Assembly: GCA_963803805.1 (NCBI GenBank)
Contig: CAWDOD010000002.1
Span: 736,001 to 800,000 of the forward strand
DNA: 64,000 bases
Source of the DNA: an uncultured cyanobacterium
GTDB taxonomy: Bacteria > Cyanobacteriota > Cyanobacteriia > Cyanobacteriales > CAWCAG01
Direction: 5' to 3'
In this document: positions 21,932-31,231 of the stretch, piece after piece
How positions within the stretch are numbered: the stretch's first letter is position 1
How the letters are laid out: each line of letters begins with the position of its first letter
Notes under the pieces: generated by a model
Seen by the model: only the letters and a program-made list of their open reading frames with translations
What the model was told of the DNA's origin: nothing
Databases searched by the model: none
Made by a program: the position numbers and the translations under genes

Positions 21932-23482
21932 TTGGATGATGGTCTTGACGAATACATAAAAGTTCGCCTTAGATATCCAATGAAAAACTCCTCACCTATC
22001 ACTTTTAAATTTGCCAAGCTTTATTGGTTGTTACTAAGCATTAGCAGCGTTTTCCTCTTCTCATCTATTGCTGAAGCTAGGCAACTAGTAAAATGGAACT
22101 TTGCCACCAACCAAAATCGCTTGGAATTTACCACAGATGAAGGGGTGCAACCTACAGCACAAATGATTTTTAACCCTAATCGTCTGGTCATTGATTTACC
22201 CGGCACTACATTAGGTAAACCTACTGTTAATCAATCTGTGGGGGGTGCTATTAAGCAAGTTAGAGTTGGTCAGTTTGAAAATAATACCACTCGCTTGGTA
22301 GTAGAAGTAGCCTCTGGTTTCGCTATTGACCCTAATCAAGTCAAATTTAAAGGATCTTACACCAATCAATGGTCAGTACAGCTACCCACACCTCAAAGGG
22401 TAACAGCAACCCCTCCTTCTCAACCGAATACGCGGGATTTTGTCATTACTCAAAACGGTTTATTTGCCCGTTTGGGGTCTAGTAATAGCACCGAGAATAT
22501 TGTAGTGACTCGCAGTAGCGATCGCCGTCAAATTGATGTTTATTTAGAAGGAGTTATTTTTCCTAGTACTCTTTCTGACAAAGCCTTTCCCCTTAATCAA
22601 TATGGACTTAGAGGGGTACAGTTTAATCAACAAAATAAGTTTGGCCGTGTCATCCTTAATGTTGATGCTAATAGTCCTGATTGGAAAGCTTACGTTAGTC
22701 CTAGAGGCAATTTAACCCTCTTTCCTGAAGGAGGATTGTTTCCTCTCGATCCTGACAACCCCTTACCTACGACAGGGGGTACTAATTCTCCAGATGCTAT
22801 TGCCCTTTCTGTTCCTCCTCCGGACAGGAATGTGGCTTTGCAAGTTCCTCGCCCAACCCCTACACCAAGCCCTTCTCCAAGCCCTTCAACGCCTCCTTCT
22901 TCTTCTCCTAACCCCAACCTACCCAAGATTCCTCAAGGGAAGGTTTCTATAACCATTGATCCTGGCCATGGAGGTAAAGATCCTGGGGCTATTGGTATTG
23001 GGGGTTTGCGGGAAACCGATGTGGTTTTACCCATTTCCCAAGAAGTGACCAGGATTTTGGAGGCACAAGGGGTTAAAGTAAGGATGACCCGCAACAATAA
23101 CACTTTTGTTAGTTTAGCAGGACGTACTCAATTAGCAAACCGCGCCGGTTCAGACCTTTTTGTTAGCATCCATGCTAACGCTGTGGGAGGGGGAAATTCT
23201 GCTGTTAACGGTACAGAAACTTTCTATTACCAAAGTGGTCGCCGTTTAGCCGAGTCAATTCAAAGTACAATTATTCGTAGGTTGGGGATGAATAACCGGG
23301 GGGTAAAACAAGCCCGTTTTTATGTCTTAAGAAATTCTGCTATGCCTTCTGCTTTGGTAGAAGTTGGTTTTGTTACCGGGCGCATTGATGCACCGAAATT
23401 GAGAGATAGCAATTTTCGTGACCAAATGGCTGCTGCGATCGCCGAAGGAATTTTACTTTATATCCAACGTTACGAACTTTAA
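21932..23482 (+). CDS. amiC: N-acetylmuramoyl-L-alanine amidase (AMIN + Amidase_3); start probably ATG 21980
   Basis: AMIN motif PNRLVIDL, Pro/Ser linker, IDPGHGGKDPGA, FVSIHAN, LVEVGF. Confidence 0.92.
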   Translation: MDDGLDEYIKVRLRYPMKNSSPITFKFAKLYWLLLSISSVFLFSSIAEARQLVKWNFATNQNRLEFTTDEGVQPTAQMIFNPNRLVIDLPGTTLGKPTVNQSVGGAIKQVRVGQFENNTTRLVVEVASGFAIDPNQVKFKGSYTNQWSVQLPTPQRVTATPPSQPNTRDFVITQNGLFARLGSSNSTENIVVTRSSDRRQIDVYLEGVIFPSTLSDKAFPLNQYGLRGVQFNQQNKFGRVILNVDANSPDWKAYVSPRGNLTLFPEGGLFPLDPDNPLPTTGGTNSPDAIALSVPPPDRNVALQVPRPTPTPSPSPSPSTPPSSSPNPNLPKIPQGKVSITIDPGHGGKDPGAIGIGGLRETDVVLPISQEVTRILEAQGVKVRMTRNNNTFVSLAGRTQLANRAGSDLFVSIHANAVGGGNSAVNGTETFYYQSGRRLAESIQSTIIRRLGMNNRGVKQARFYVLRNSAMPSALVEVGFVTGRIDAPKLRDSNFRDQMAAAIAEGILLYIQRYEL

Positions 23483-23598
23483 ATGCTATGGCAATTCCCA
23501 AGCTGCTGAGGTGCATTTCCCTATTTACATAAAAGCGCAAAAACCAGAGTCTAGGTCGTACCTCATGGTATTAGTAATTGCTGTATAACCTTTATTTA

Positions 23599-24993
23599 TT
23601 AAGGAGAAGTATTACGACGAAATTCAAAGTAGTTGTTGCGGAGTTTTTTCCAACTTCTATTACTTTTCAACCTTTGTTTTTGCCACTCTTTAAGTGTTAA
23701 TTCAATTATCTGGGCTGAGGTGAGGTTTGGTTGAGGCAATGAGGCAAGATCATCTACTTTAAGCTTGTTTTTAATGGCGATGGCGAAGATGTTGATTATT
23801 TCTCCTGCGCGATCGCCAACAATATGCGCTCCTATTATATGACCATTTTTCTGAGTAATTAATTTACAAAAACCTGTAGTTTCTCCCTGGATTTGAGCTT
23901 GAGAGATATTTTTATAATATTGTTTGACAACAACAATTTCAGTTCCATAATATTGTTGTGCTTGATGTTCTGTTAACCCAACCCTAGCGATATTAGGTTG
24001 AGTAAAAATGACCCAAGGGAGGTAAGAGTAATCAATTTTTTGTAAAGGGAAAAATAGAGCATTTCTCAAAGCCACATTAACTTCGTGGTGAGTGAGGTTA
24101 GCAAAATTGTAACCTCCTAATATGTCTCCGCAAGCATAAATTGCTGGATTAGTGGTTTGTAGTTTTCCATTAACTTGTATACCTTTTTTAGTAAAATCAA
24201 CACTGACAGATTCTAAGTTCAAACCCATTAAATTAGGTTGTCGCTGTGGAGTGAAAATAATTTCATCTGCTTCTAAAGCTTGAACACCCGCTTGTACCCA
24301 TTTCTTACCGGAAATTTCTTTGATTTGAGTAACAGGGCTTTGGGTATAAATCCCAATGCCTTCTGCTTCTAACTGGGCTTGAATAAGTTGAGAAATTTCC
24401 CAATCTTCTTGGGGGAGTATTCGTTTTCCTGGGATGACTAAAGTAATTTTTTTGCCCAATTTACTTAAGTTTTGTGCCAGTTCAAGAGTGGCAGGTAAAC
24501 CACCCGCTATAACTAAGTTTGGAGCTAAAGATTCGGGATTTTCTAATTGCCAAATATCTTGAGGAGTAAGATAATTTGTTTCCTGTAAAATACCACCTTG
24601 CCTCGGTAAAGTTCCTGTAGCAATTAAATAGTTACGACTCCTAAGACAACGCTTATTGATTATAAAAGCCAATTGAGGAGATTGAGAAAATTCTCCTTTA
24701 CCTTGAATATAATCAACTCCTAAAGCGGCTAATTTAGAAGGAGAATCCCTTGCTGTGATAGTAGATATTACTTCTTCTGTCCATTCTTGAAAAGAGAAAT
24801 TGTCTCGATTGTTAGCAAAATCAAATAACTCTAAACTACGACCATAAATAGCCTCAGCTTCTCCGGAAGAATGATAATTAACTTCCTGCTCAATTAAAGC
24901 AACACGGGCATTAAGATTAGCTGCCATAATAGCAGCATAAATTCCCCCTTGGCTAGCACCGATTACAACTAAATCATATTCAACTTTTGTCAT
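23599..24993 (-). CDS. Pyridine nucleotide-disulfide oxidoreductase family protein (dihydrolipoamide dehydrogenase/MerA-like)
   Basis: YDLVVIG, IATG, IYACGD and dimerization domain; no CxxxxC redox motif visible. Confidence 0.8.
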   Translation of the reverse strand: MTKVEYDLVVIGASQGGIYAAIMAANLNARVALIEQEVNYHSSGEAEAIYGRSLELFDFANNRDNFSFQEWTEEVISTITARDSPSKLAALGVDYIQGKGEFSQSPQLAFIINKRCLRSRNYLIATGTLPRQGGILQETNYLTPQDIWQLENPESLAPNLVIAGGLPATLELAQNLSKLGKKITLVIPGKRILPQEDWEISQLIQAQLEAEGIGIYTQSPVTQIKEISGKKWVQAGVQALEADEIIFTPQRQPNLMGLNLESVSVDFTKKGIQVNGKLQTTNPAIYACGDILGGYNFANLTHHEVNVALRNALFFPLQKIDYSYLPWVIFTQPNIARVGLTEHQAQQYYGTEIVVVKQYYKNISQAQIQGETTGFCKLITQKNGHIIGAHIVGDRAGEIINIFAIAIKNKLKVDDLASLPQPNLTSAQIIELTLKEWQKQRLKSNRSWKKLRNNYFEFRRNTSP

Positions 24994-25021
24994 TTATCAA
25001 TGTCATATAATTCCCAACCCA

Positions 25022-27439
25022 TTACTTATTACTTATTACTTGATTGTAGATAGCCCAAATTGCTGTAGCCCTGAGATAATGACTAGCACGAAAAGTTCCT
25101 GTTGCTGTTATCGCTTCGGGGGTGCGGAATTGTAAGCCGTTGGTGTAAACTTGCTTAACTACCGCTTCTGTTAAACGGAAAGCTTCTTCTGTCATATCCA
25201 TTTGTACTAAATAAGCAGCTAAACCAAAATTGATTCCTGTCCACACTTCTAAAGGATGGGTGTCGTCGGGATTTTCTGGTGAACTATCAGGGCGCAAACC
25301 GTTAGCTGCACCGAGTTTGCCTTCGTTAAAATTGAGAAAGCAAGTTTCATAAACTTTTTTTAGGGCAGACTTGGCATACGGCTTTTCCACCACATCCGGT
25401 AAGCCTAACAATTGGGCATAAAATTGTCCACAAAGTTGATCTGCCATTACAACATCGGAACCACTTTCACTATCAAGACGATAATACTCACCATTCCACA
25501 GCTTTTCTTGATAAACTGGTCTGGCTTGTTTCAACCAACCTTGGTAAGTTGCGATCGCACTTTCTATGGAATCAGGATAATCTGCTGGTTCTAAGTTAGG
25601 ATCTGCGGGGGGATTAGTAATCAGAATTTCAGCGATTTTAATTGCGGCTTCTAATGCTGCAATCCACAACCCCCCACAATAAGCACTAATACCTTTAAGC
25701 TGCCAATCATCAAAGGTTTGATCTGGGGCACCAGAATTTTCTGGTATCCCATCTCCATCAAGATCAAACGCTTTTAAATAAGCCAAAGTTTGAGTAATTG
25801 CCTCCCAACATTCCCACAAAAACAATTCATCTTTAGCACCAGTTAAAAGATAATCTCGATACACCTGCAAAACAAAGTCGCTAGGTAAATCTTTCCACTG
25901 ATTGCAATCTTGATAACTAGTATAGTTAGTCTCTTGCCAAGGATGTTCGTTCGGTGCGCCTAAATCATGGGGAGTTGCCCCCACAGCTTTACGAATGGCT
26001 GGTGCTTGGTTGTAGCCGATAATACGAGGTGTATCATCTCCTGTCGGAATCGCCCTCGCAAAAGCTTCTAATACTGCCTTATCCAACCTTGGCCAAAGCA
26101 GTAATAAAGCAAATGAGCCATACAACCGCACATCTAAACTTTCATACCAACGATAATCCAAACATTCTAAAACCCCAAACTGCCCTACTGGATCATCTTC
26201 TGTGGCGGCTGTCCAAATAGTTCCCCCGTCAGTTAATAAGTACAATTCATTAAATAGGGCCATTTTGAACCAATCACCCAAGTCTTCCCTTTTTAAGATT
26301 GGTGTTTGCCAGTCTTCAATACGTTCAGTCCACATCCCACTATGTTTCAGTGCTGTACGTACTATGGGCCAAACATTATTCCCCGTGCGACCAAAAAAGT
26401 CTGTATAGCGGCGATAATAATTAACTCCTTGGGCAAATTCCATCACTGGGAAGTCCCAAGCGAGGATAAAAGGAATCTTTTTCGTCCTGCCTGGGCGTAT
26501 AGTAAAACGGATGGCGATCGCCCCGGCAATTTGTTCTCCTGGGGAAGCGGGAGTTTCATCTTGAAAATCTGGTAAAGAACCATTCCCGGCAAAATAATCC
26601 CAAACATCCCTGCCATCCCCCACAGGATTCCAACGACAAAGATGAAATACTTCTACACTGGGGTTAGTAACTGTGGCGATGGCCATTTGTCCTTCCCCTT
26701 CTTGAATTTCATCGTCATCTATGCGTACTCGGTTAAATAAGCAACCGACGCGATGAAAGTCAGTAATCCACTGATTATAATTACCCGTACTATTTCCCCA
26801 CCGAGGCTTATATTCATAAACTGGGCTACCGTCATCCCTAACTTGAACTTGAGGAGTTTTGATGGCATTGGTAAACCACCCGACAGTATTTTGCCAAGTC
26901 AGCATAATACTTAAGGTGATGGGCTTATCGGTGGGGTTATGTGCTGTCCATTCAAAAACAGCCACAGGATAACTAGATTCTTGGTAGCTACCAGCCCAAA
27001 CCGGAGAAAACTGTTCACAAGTTAAACTAGTTTGGAAAACCCCTTCATATTCATACCAACTGCGGGGATAAAGGGCCGAGTATGTACCTTGCCCTTTAGG
27101 ATACCATGACCAATGGGATAAACTACCATCGGCTGGGGCTTCTGTTGAGAGGGCATAGGCTTGGACAGAACCATATTCTGGCTGTTCAAAAACGCTAAAC
27201 TGACAAGCAGGAAGAGTTTGAAAGGTATGTTCTCCCCCATCTAAATGCCAAAGATTAAAATCACCACGGGGCGATCGCCCGATGCAACCAGCCCCAAAGC
27301 CACCCAAAGGCATACCATGCCAAGGGCCATCATCTAAGTTGCTTTCGTAGCGAACAGTATAGGGCTTTTCCCAACCAAGACCGATGGGACGTTGCCAAGC
27401 ACAAGCAGGAATTTTAGGAGGGGATATTAAATAACTCAT
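25022..27439 (-). CDS. GH116 glycoside hydrolase (non-lysosomal glucosylceramidase-like)
   Basis: GMPLGGFGAG, YESLDV, PHDLG, WKDL, PDQTFDDW, EVWTG, FRTPEA. Confidence 0.92.
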   Translation of the reverse strand: MSYLISPPKIPACAWQRPIGLGWEKPYTVRYESNLDDGPWHGMPLGGFGAGCIGRSPRGDFNLWHLDGGEHTFQTLPACQFSVFEQPEYGSVQAYALSTEAPADGSLSHWSWYPKGQGTYSALYPRSWYEYEGVFQTSLTCEQFSPVWAGSYQESSYPVAVFEWTAHNPTDKPITLSIMLTWQNTVGWFTNAIKTPQVQVRDDGSPVYEYKPRWGNSTGNYNQWITDFHRVGCLFNRVRIDDDEIQEGEGQMAIATVTNPSVEVFHLCRWNPVGDGRDVWDYFAGNGSLPDFQDETPASPGEQIAGAIAIRFTIRPGRTKKIPFILAWDFPVMEFAQGVNYYRRYTDFFGRTGNNVWPIVRTALKHSGMWTERIEDWQTPILKREDLGDWFKMALFNELYLLTDGGTIWTAATEDDPVGQFGVLECLDYRWYESLDVRLYGSFALLLLWPRLDKAVLEAFARAIPTGDDTPRIIGYNQAPAIRKAVGATPHDLGAPNEHPWQETNYTSYQDCNQWKDLPSDFVLQVYRDYLLTGAKDELFLWECWEAITQTLAYLKAFDLDGDGIPENSGAPDQTFDDWQLKGISAYCGGLWIAALEAAIKIAEILITNPPADPNLEPADYPDSIESAIATYQGWLKQARPVYQEKLWNGEYYRLDSESGSDVVMADQLCGQFYAQLLGLPDVVEKPYAKSALKKVYETCFLNFNEGKLGAANGLRPDSSPENPDDTHPLEVWTGINFGLAAYLVQMDMTEEAFRLTEAVVKQVYTNGLQFRTPEAITATGTFRASHYLRATAIWAIYNQVISNK

Positions 27440-27609
27440 GCTCTTGATTTTAAGATTTTCCTGGAGAAAAGGGGAGGGTGGGGAGAAGTAATAAGTGATA
27501 AGTAATAAGTAATAAGTAAGAGGTTGATGGGATAAGGGGTTTCGTTTATCATAAGGTGATTAAGTGATGGGGATGATAGCAAGTCTCTGAATTTTTAGAG
27601 GGAAATAAT

Positions 27610-28263
27610 ATGACTCAAACTTTAACAGCTAAAGAGCTATTCCGCACTGCTTATGATAATCGTTATACCTGGAATGCCGACTTTCCTGGTTATACTGCCG
27701 ATGTGAATTTTAAAACCGAGACGGAAAGTCATACTGGAAAAGTCCGCATCAATTCTGATCTCAGCTTTGAAGTTTTGGAGGTGAGTGATGATCAAGCTAA
27801 GCGGGCAATTAATAACCAATTATGGGAGATGACTATTCATCGTGTTAGTCATAGCTTCGAGAAAACCCATGGCGAAAATACTTTTACCCTTGGTGAAGTT
27901 GATGATACTGGGGCGACGGAAATTATTATAGGTGGGGCTTCAGAGGGGAATCGCTATAAGGTACGAGACAATACAGTTTGTTTTGTCCATCGCCACATTG
28001 GTAATAAGTTGGTGAATATCAATACTTCTAGCAGCTTGAAGACGGAGGAAGGCTATTTAGCAAAAGAATATAATTCCGTTTATCTGAATCCTGAAACTGG
28101 TGAACCTCAAGGGGCTAAAACTACTTTCAAAGATACCTTTACTAAAATTGGTGATTACTACATTTTGACTAATCGTCTTATTACCACTGAAGAAGATGGT
28201 GAGTTAACAACCACAGAGTTTGGTTTTTCAAATGTTCAGCTTTCAACCCCAGTTGCTGTTTAA
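27610..28263 (+). CDS. DUF3386-family protein
   Basis: ARELF-like N-terminus, AYDNRYTW..FPGY, IHRV..FE..HG.N.F. Confidence 0.8.
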   Translation: MTQTLTAKELFRTAYDNRYTWNADFPGYTADVNFKTETESHTGKVRINSDLSFEVLEVSDDQAKRAINNQLWEMTIHRVSHSFEKTHGENTFTLGEVDDTGATEIIIGGASEGNRYKVRDNTVCFVHRHIGNKLVNINTSSSLKTEEGYLAKEYNSVYLNPETGEPQGAKTTFKDTFTKIGDYYILTNRLITTEEDGELTTTEFGFSNVQLSTPVAV

Positions 28264-28471
28264 TGGCTAAATATTAAGTAGTTGGGCAAAATTAGTTTAA
28301 GGTTTTGTAGGTCAGGGGTTAGGGAACAGCTAATATAACTGAAATAGTAAATATACAAATAATTTGGTGGGACAAGTTACCTTAACCCCTGTCCCTTTTT
28401 CCTAATTCTTCATTAATCATTTATAAAGCTTAATGTACTAGATTGTTTTGGCAAAGTAACGTTACTTGATT

Positions 28472-28642
28472 GTTCATTTGACTTACTCTGCTATTCATTT
28501 GGCTTACTGTGCCATATATTTAGCTTACGGAATCATATATTTGGCTTACTTTGTCATATATTCCACTTACATTACAATACATCGGACTTGCATTGTCATA
28601 TATTTAACTTACTCTGCAATATATTTGGCTTACGGAATCATT
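28472..28642. repeat. Degenerate 21-bp tandem repeat, about 8 copies
   Basis: Consensus about ATATTTGGCTTACNNNGTCAT; gives a 7-residue periodic ORF 28466-28648. Confidence 0.75.
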
Positions 28643-28761
28643 TTTTGATTAATAGAGCAAGTTTGAGGTGCGATTTCTCCTGTCTTTCCCACCTATGGAT
28701 TAGTACAAGGTGATTTTGGTTTGGGAATATGGTATGGATAGATTATTAACAGGGCTTATGC

Positions 28762-29000
28762 AGCTACACCGTATATAGATTTAAGGTGCGTTACGCTACG
28801 TTAACACACCCTACTAATAGCTACACCGTATATAGATAGATTTAAAGGTGCGTTACGCTACGCTAACACACCCTACTAATAGCTACACCGTATATAGATA
28901 GATTTAAGGTGCGTTACGCTACGCTAACATACCCTACTAATAGCTACACCGTATATAGATAGATTTAAAGGTGCGTTACGCTACGCTAACACACCCTACT
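28762..29000. repeat. Four tandem 57-62 bp units each carrying a GTAG-type REP-like hairpin
   Basis: Units start at 28762, 28819, 28881, 28942; each has GGTGCGTTACGCTACGCTAACACACCCTAC (reverse complement begins GTAGGG). Confidence 0.9.
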
Positions 29001-29413
29001 TTAAACTCAGAGATATTTGAGAATTTTTAGTTGGCATAAACTGTAACCCTTGGGGTAACTCTTTCCTATACCCTCACCTTAATGCTTAACAGCTTATTGG
29101 TGACTAATATCACCCAATTTGTTGAGATTTCATCACCGGGAGCTTTCAGATAGTATCACCACAGCAGTCATGTTGAGATCCCTAACTTAGGTAGATAAAG
29201 TTCACCATAGACATAAAGTTGAATCACCAACTTAAGTTGGTGGGAGTGGGATATTAATATGTATCGAAATTATTAGAGTATTTTTACAATTCTCTGATAC
29301 TTTTTGATTTTCAAAAGCTAGAAATAACTTACTTATTACCAAGTAAATTATAGCTAATATTTTCAGCACACACAAGATGAATACCACTATTTTCGTCTCT
29401 TCATTTCGTTAAC

Positions 29414-31099
29414 ATGAATAACCACAAATTCACTGTACTCATTATCAGCAATCAAGCTAATGAACTAACTTATTTAACTGATTTATTGGTTAAAGAAGAA
29501 TATTCTGTAGAAACATTTACATCTATAGAATTAGCTAGAGAAGCAGTAGATAATATCCAAATAGATCTGATTTTAATCGACCTAGAACCACCGAAGATAA
29601 AAGCAAATGAGGTATCTAAAATATTTAGGAATAAAGCTAATACTAGGGATATTCCTATTATCTTCTCAGTTAAATTAGAGAATGATTTTGACAGAGAAGA
29701 AATTTTTGCAATAGATAACTGTGATTATTTAATCAAGCCTTGGCATCAAGGAGAAATTATAGCTCGTCTGGCTAATCAACTTCAAAGAAAATCATCAGAA
29801 AATTGGCAAATAATTCGTCAACTATTCGACTGTAGCCAGCAATTTGTTTTTGTATTAACCGTAGCAGGAAATATCATTGAAGTTAATCAAACAGCACTAA
29901 ACTTTGCTGGTATTAACCCTGAAGATGTGATCAACCTTCCCTTGTGGGAAACAAGCTGGTGGGCAACTTCTGCGGCAAACCAAGAGCAGTTAAGAGAGGC
30001 GATCGCAACTGCGGCTAGGGGAGAATTAGTACGTTACGATACTGAGATTCAGGGACAAGATACTACTGCCAATATTGACTTTACGGTTCAACTTTTAAGC
30101 CATGAAGGAGGAGAAAGCCAAATTCTGATCTGCGAAGGTTGGGAAATTACCTCTAGGAAATTAGCAATAGAATTAGAGAACCAGGGTAAGAGCCACTTTT
30201 TAGTGAATATGAATCACGAACTTCGTACTCCCCTCAACGCTATTATTGGTTTTAGCCAATTATTACTTGGCGAATCTCTAACTTCACAACAGCAGGAGTA
30301 TGTAGCCATAATTGATCGTAATGGTGAGTACTTATTATCCCTAGTCAACGACATTCTGGAAATATCGGCCATTGAAGGAGGTAAAGTTACCCTTCATAAA
30401 ACTAGTTTTGATTTTTATGAATTTCTAGACGCTTTAGAAGAAATTCCCCAAATCAAAGCAGTTTCCAAAGGGTTAGAACTGAATTTCGAGCTAGCTGCCA
30501 ACTTACCCCAACAGATTTACACCGATAAAGCTAAGTTGCGTCAAGTTTTGACTAGCTTGCTTGATTATGCTATCAGGTATACCCAAGAAGGACAGATCTA
30601 CTTAAATGTTTCCTCAAGGGCTAACAATGAGCAACAATTGATTCGCTTTGAAATATCTAGTACTAGTTCTGTTATAAATCCAGAAGAAGTTGAACGTCAG
30701 CCTTTTGAAGGAGAGTCAGAAGCCCAGACAAATCTTGCTTTATTAATCACTCAAAAAATTGCTCACTTACTGGAGGCGCAAATTAGTATTAATAGGGAAA
30801 TAGCACAGGGAAACATCTTTAGTTTGGAAATTTCTGTACAAGAGATGCCCACTGTGACAGCAACTCCAACGGCAACTCCATTACCTAATTCTTTAAGGGT
30901 AGAGGATCTAAGTGTGATGTCAAGGGAGTGGATTGAGGAGTTGTATCAAGCAGCCCTTGCTGTGGATGATCGGCAAATTTTGTTGTTAGTAGAACAAATT
31001 CCTGAAACGGAAGCTAATTTAGCAGAACTAATTACTAACGCAGTTAATAGTTTTCGTTTAGATATATTAGTGGAAGTAATTGAAGATTATCGAAAGTGA
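29414..31099 (+). CDS. Degenerate hybrid sensor kinase (REC-like, PAS, HisKA, eroded HATPase)
   Basis: H-box NHELRTPLNAIIG intact; PAS GNIIEVNQTAL; N and G boxes degenerate. Confidence 0.8.
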   Translation: MNNHKFTVLIISNQANELTYLTDLLVKEEYSVETFTSIELAREAVDNIQIDLILIDLEPPKIKANEVSKIFRNKANTRDIPIIFSVKLENDFDREEIFAIDNCDYLIKPWHQGEIIARLANQLQRKSSENWQIIRQLFDCSQQFVFVLTVAGNIIEVNQTALNFAGINPEDVINLPLWETSWWATSAANQEQLREAIATAARGELVRYDTEIQGQDTTANIDFTVQLLSHEGGESQILICEGWEITSRKLAIELENQGKSHFLVNMNHELRTPLNAIIGFSQLLLGESLTSQQQEYVAIIDRNGEYLLSLVNDILEISAIEGGKVTLHKTSFDFYEFLDALEEIPQIKAVSKGLELNFELAANLPQQIYTDKAKLRQVLTSLLDYAIRYTQEGQIYLNVSSRANNEQQLIRFEISSTSSVINPEEVERQPFEGESEAQTNLALLITQKIAHLLEAQISINREIAQGNIFSLEISVQEMPTVTATPTATPLPNSLRVEDLSVMSREWIEELYQAALAVDDRQILLLVEQIPETEANLAELITNAVNSFRLDILVEVIEDYRK

Positions 31100-31134
31100 T
31101 TCAATAATTTACAATTAGCCATTGGTAAACAAAA

Positions 31135-31170
31135 TAATGTAGAGACATTCTTGGAGCCGTCTCTACATTA
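31135..31170. repeat. REP-like palindrome
   Basis: Perfect 12-bp arms TAATGTAGAGAC / GTCTCTACATTA. Confidence 0.75.
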
Positions 31171-31231
31171 TCCGCTTTAGTTGCACAGGTTATTTGTGGG
31201 AGTAGGGAGTACACGTATTTGATTATAATAA

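Noticed and set aside
23599-24993. Mercuric reductase merA
   Set aside because: Lacks the redox CxxxxC motif and C-terminal Cys pair; no mer operon context.
28762-29000. Possible CRISPR array
   Set aside because: Intervening sequences are near-identical rather than unique spacers, and no cas genes are in the window.
29221-29250. IS200/IS605 end or IscB-associated RNA remnant (palindrome CACCAACTTAAGTTGGTG)
   Set aside because: Only a short hairpin; no tnpA/tnpB/iscB remnant recognised.
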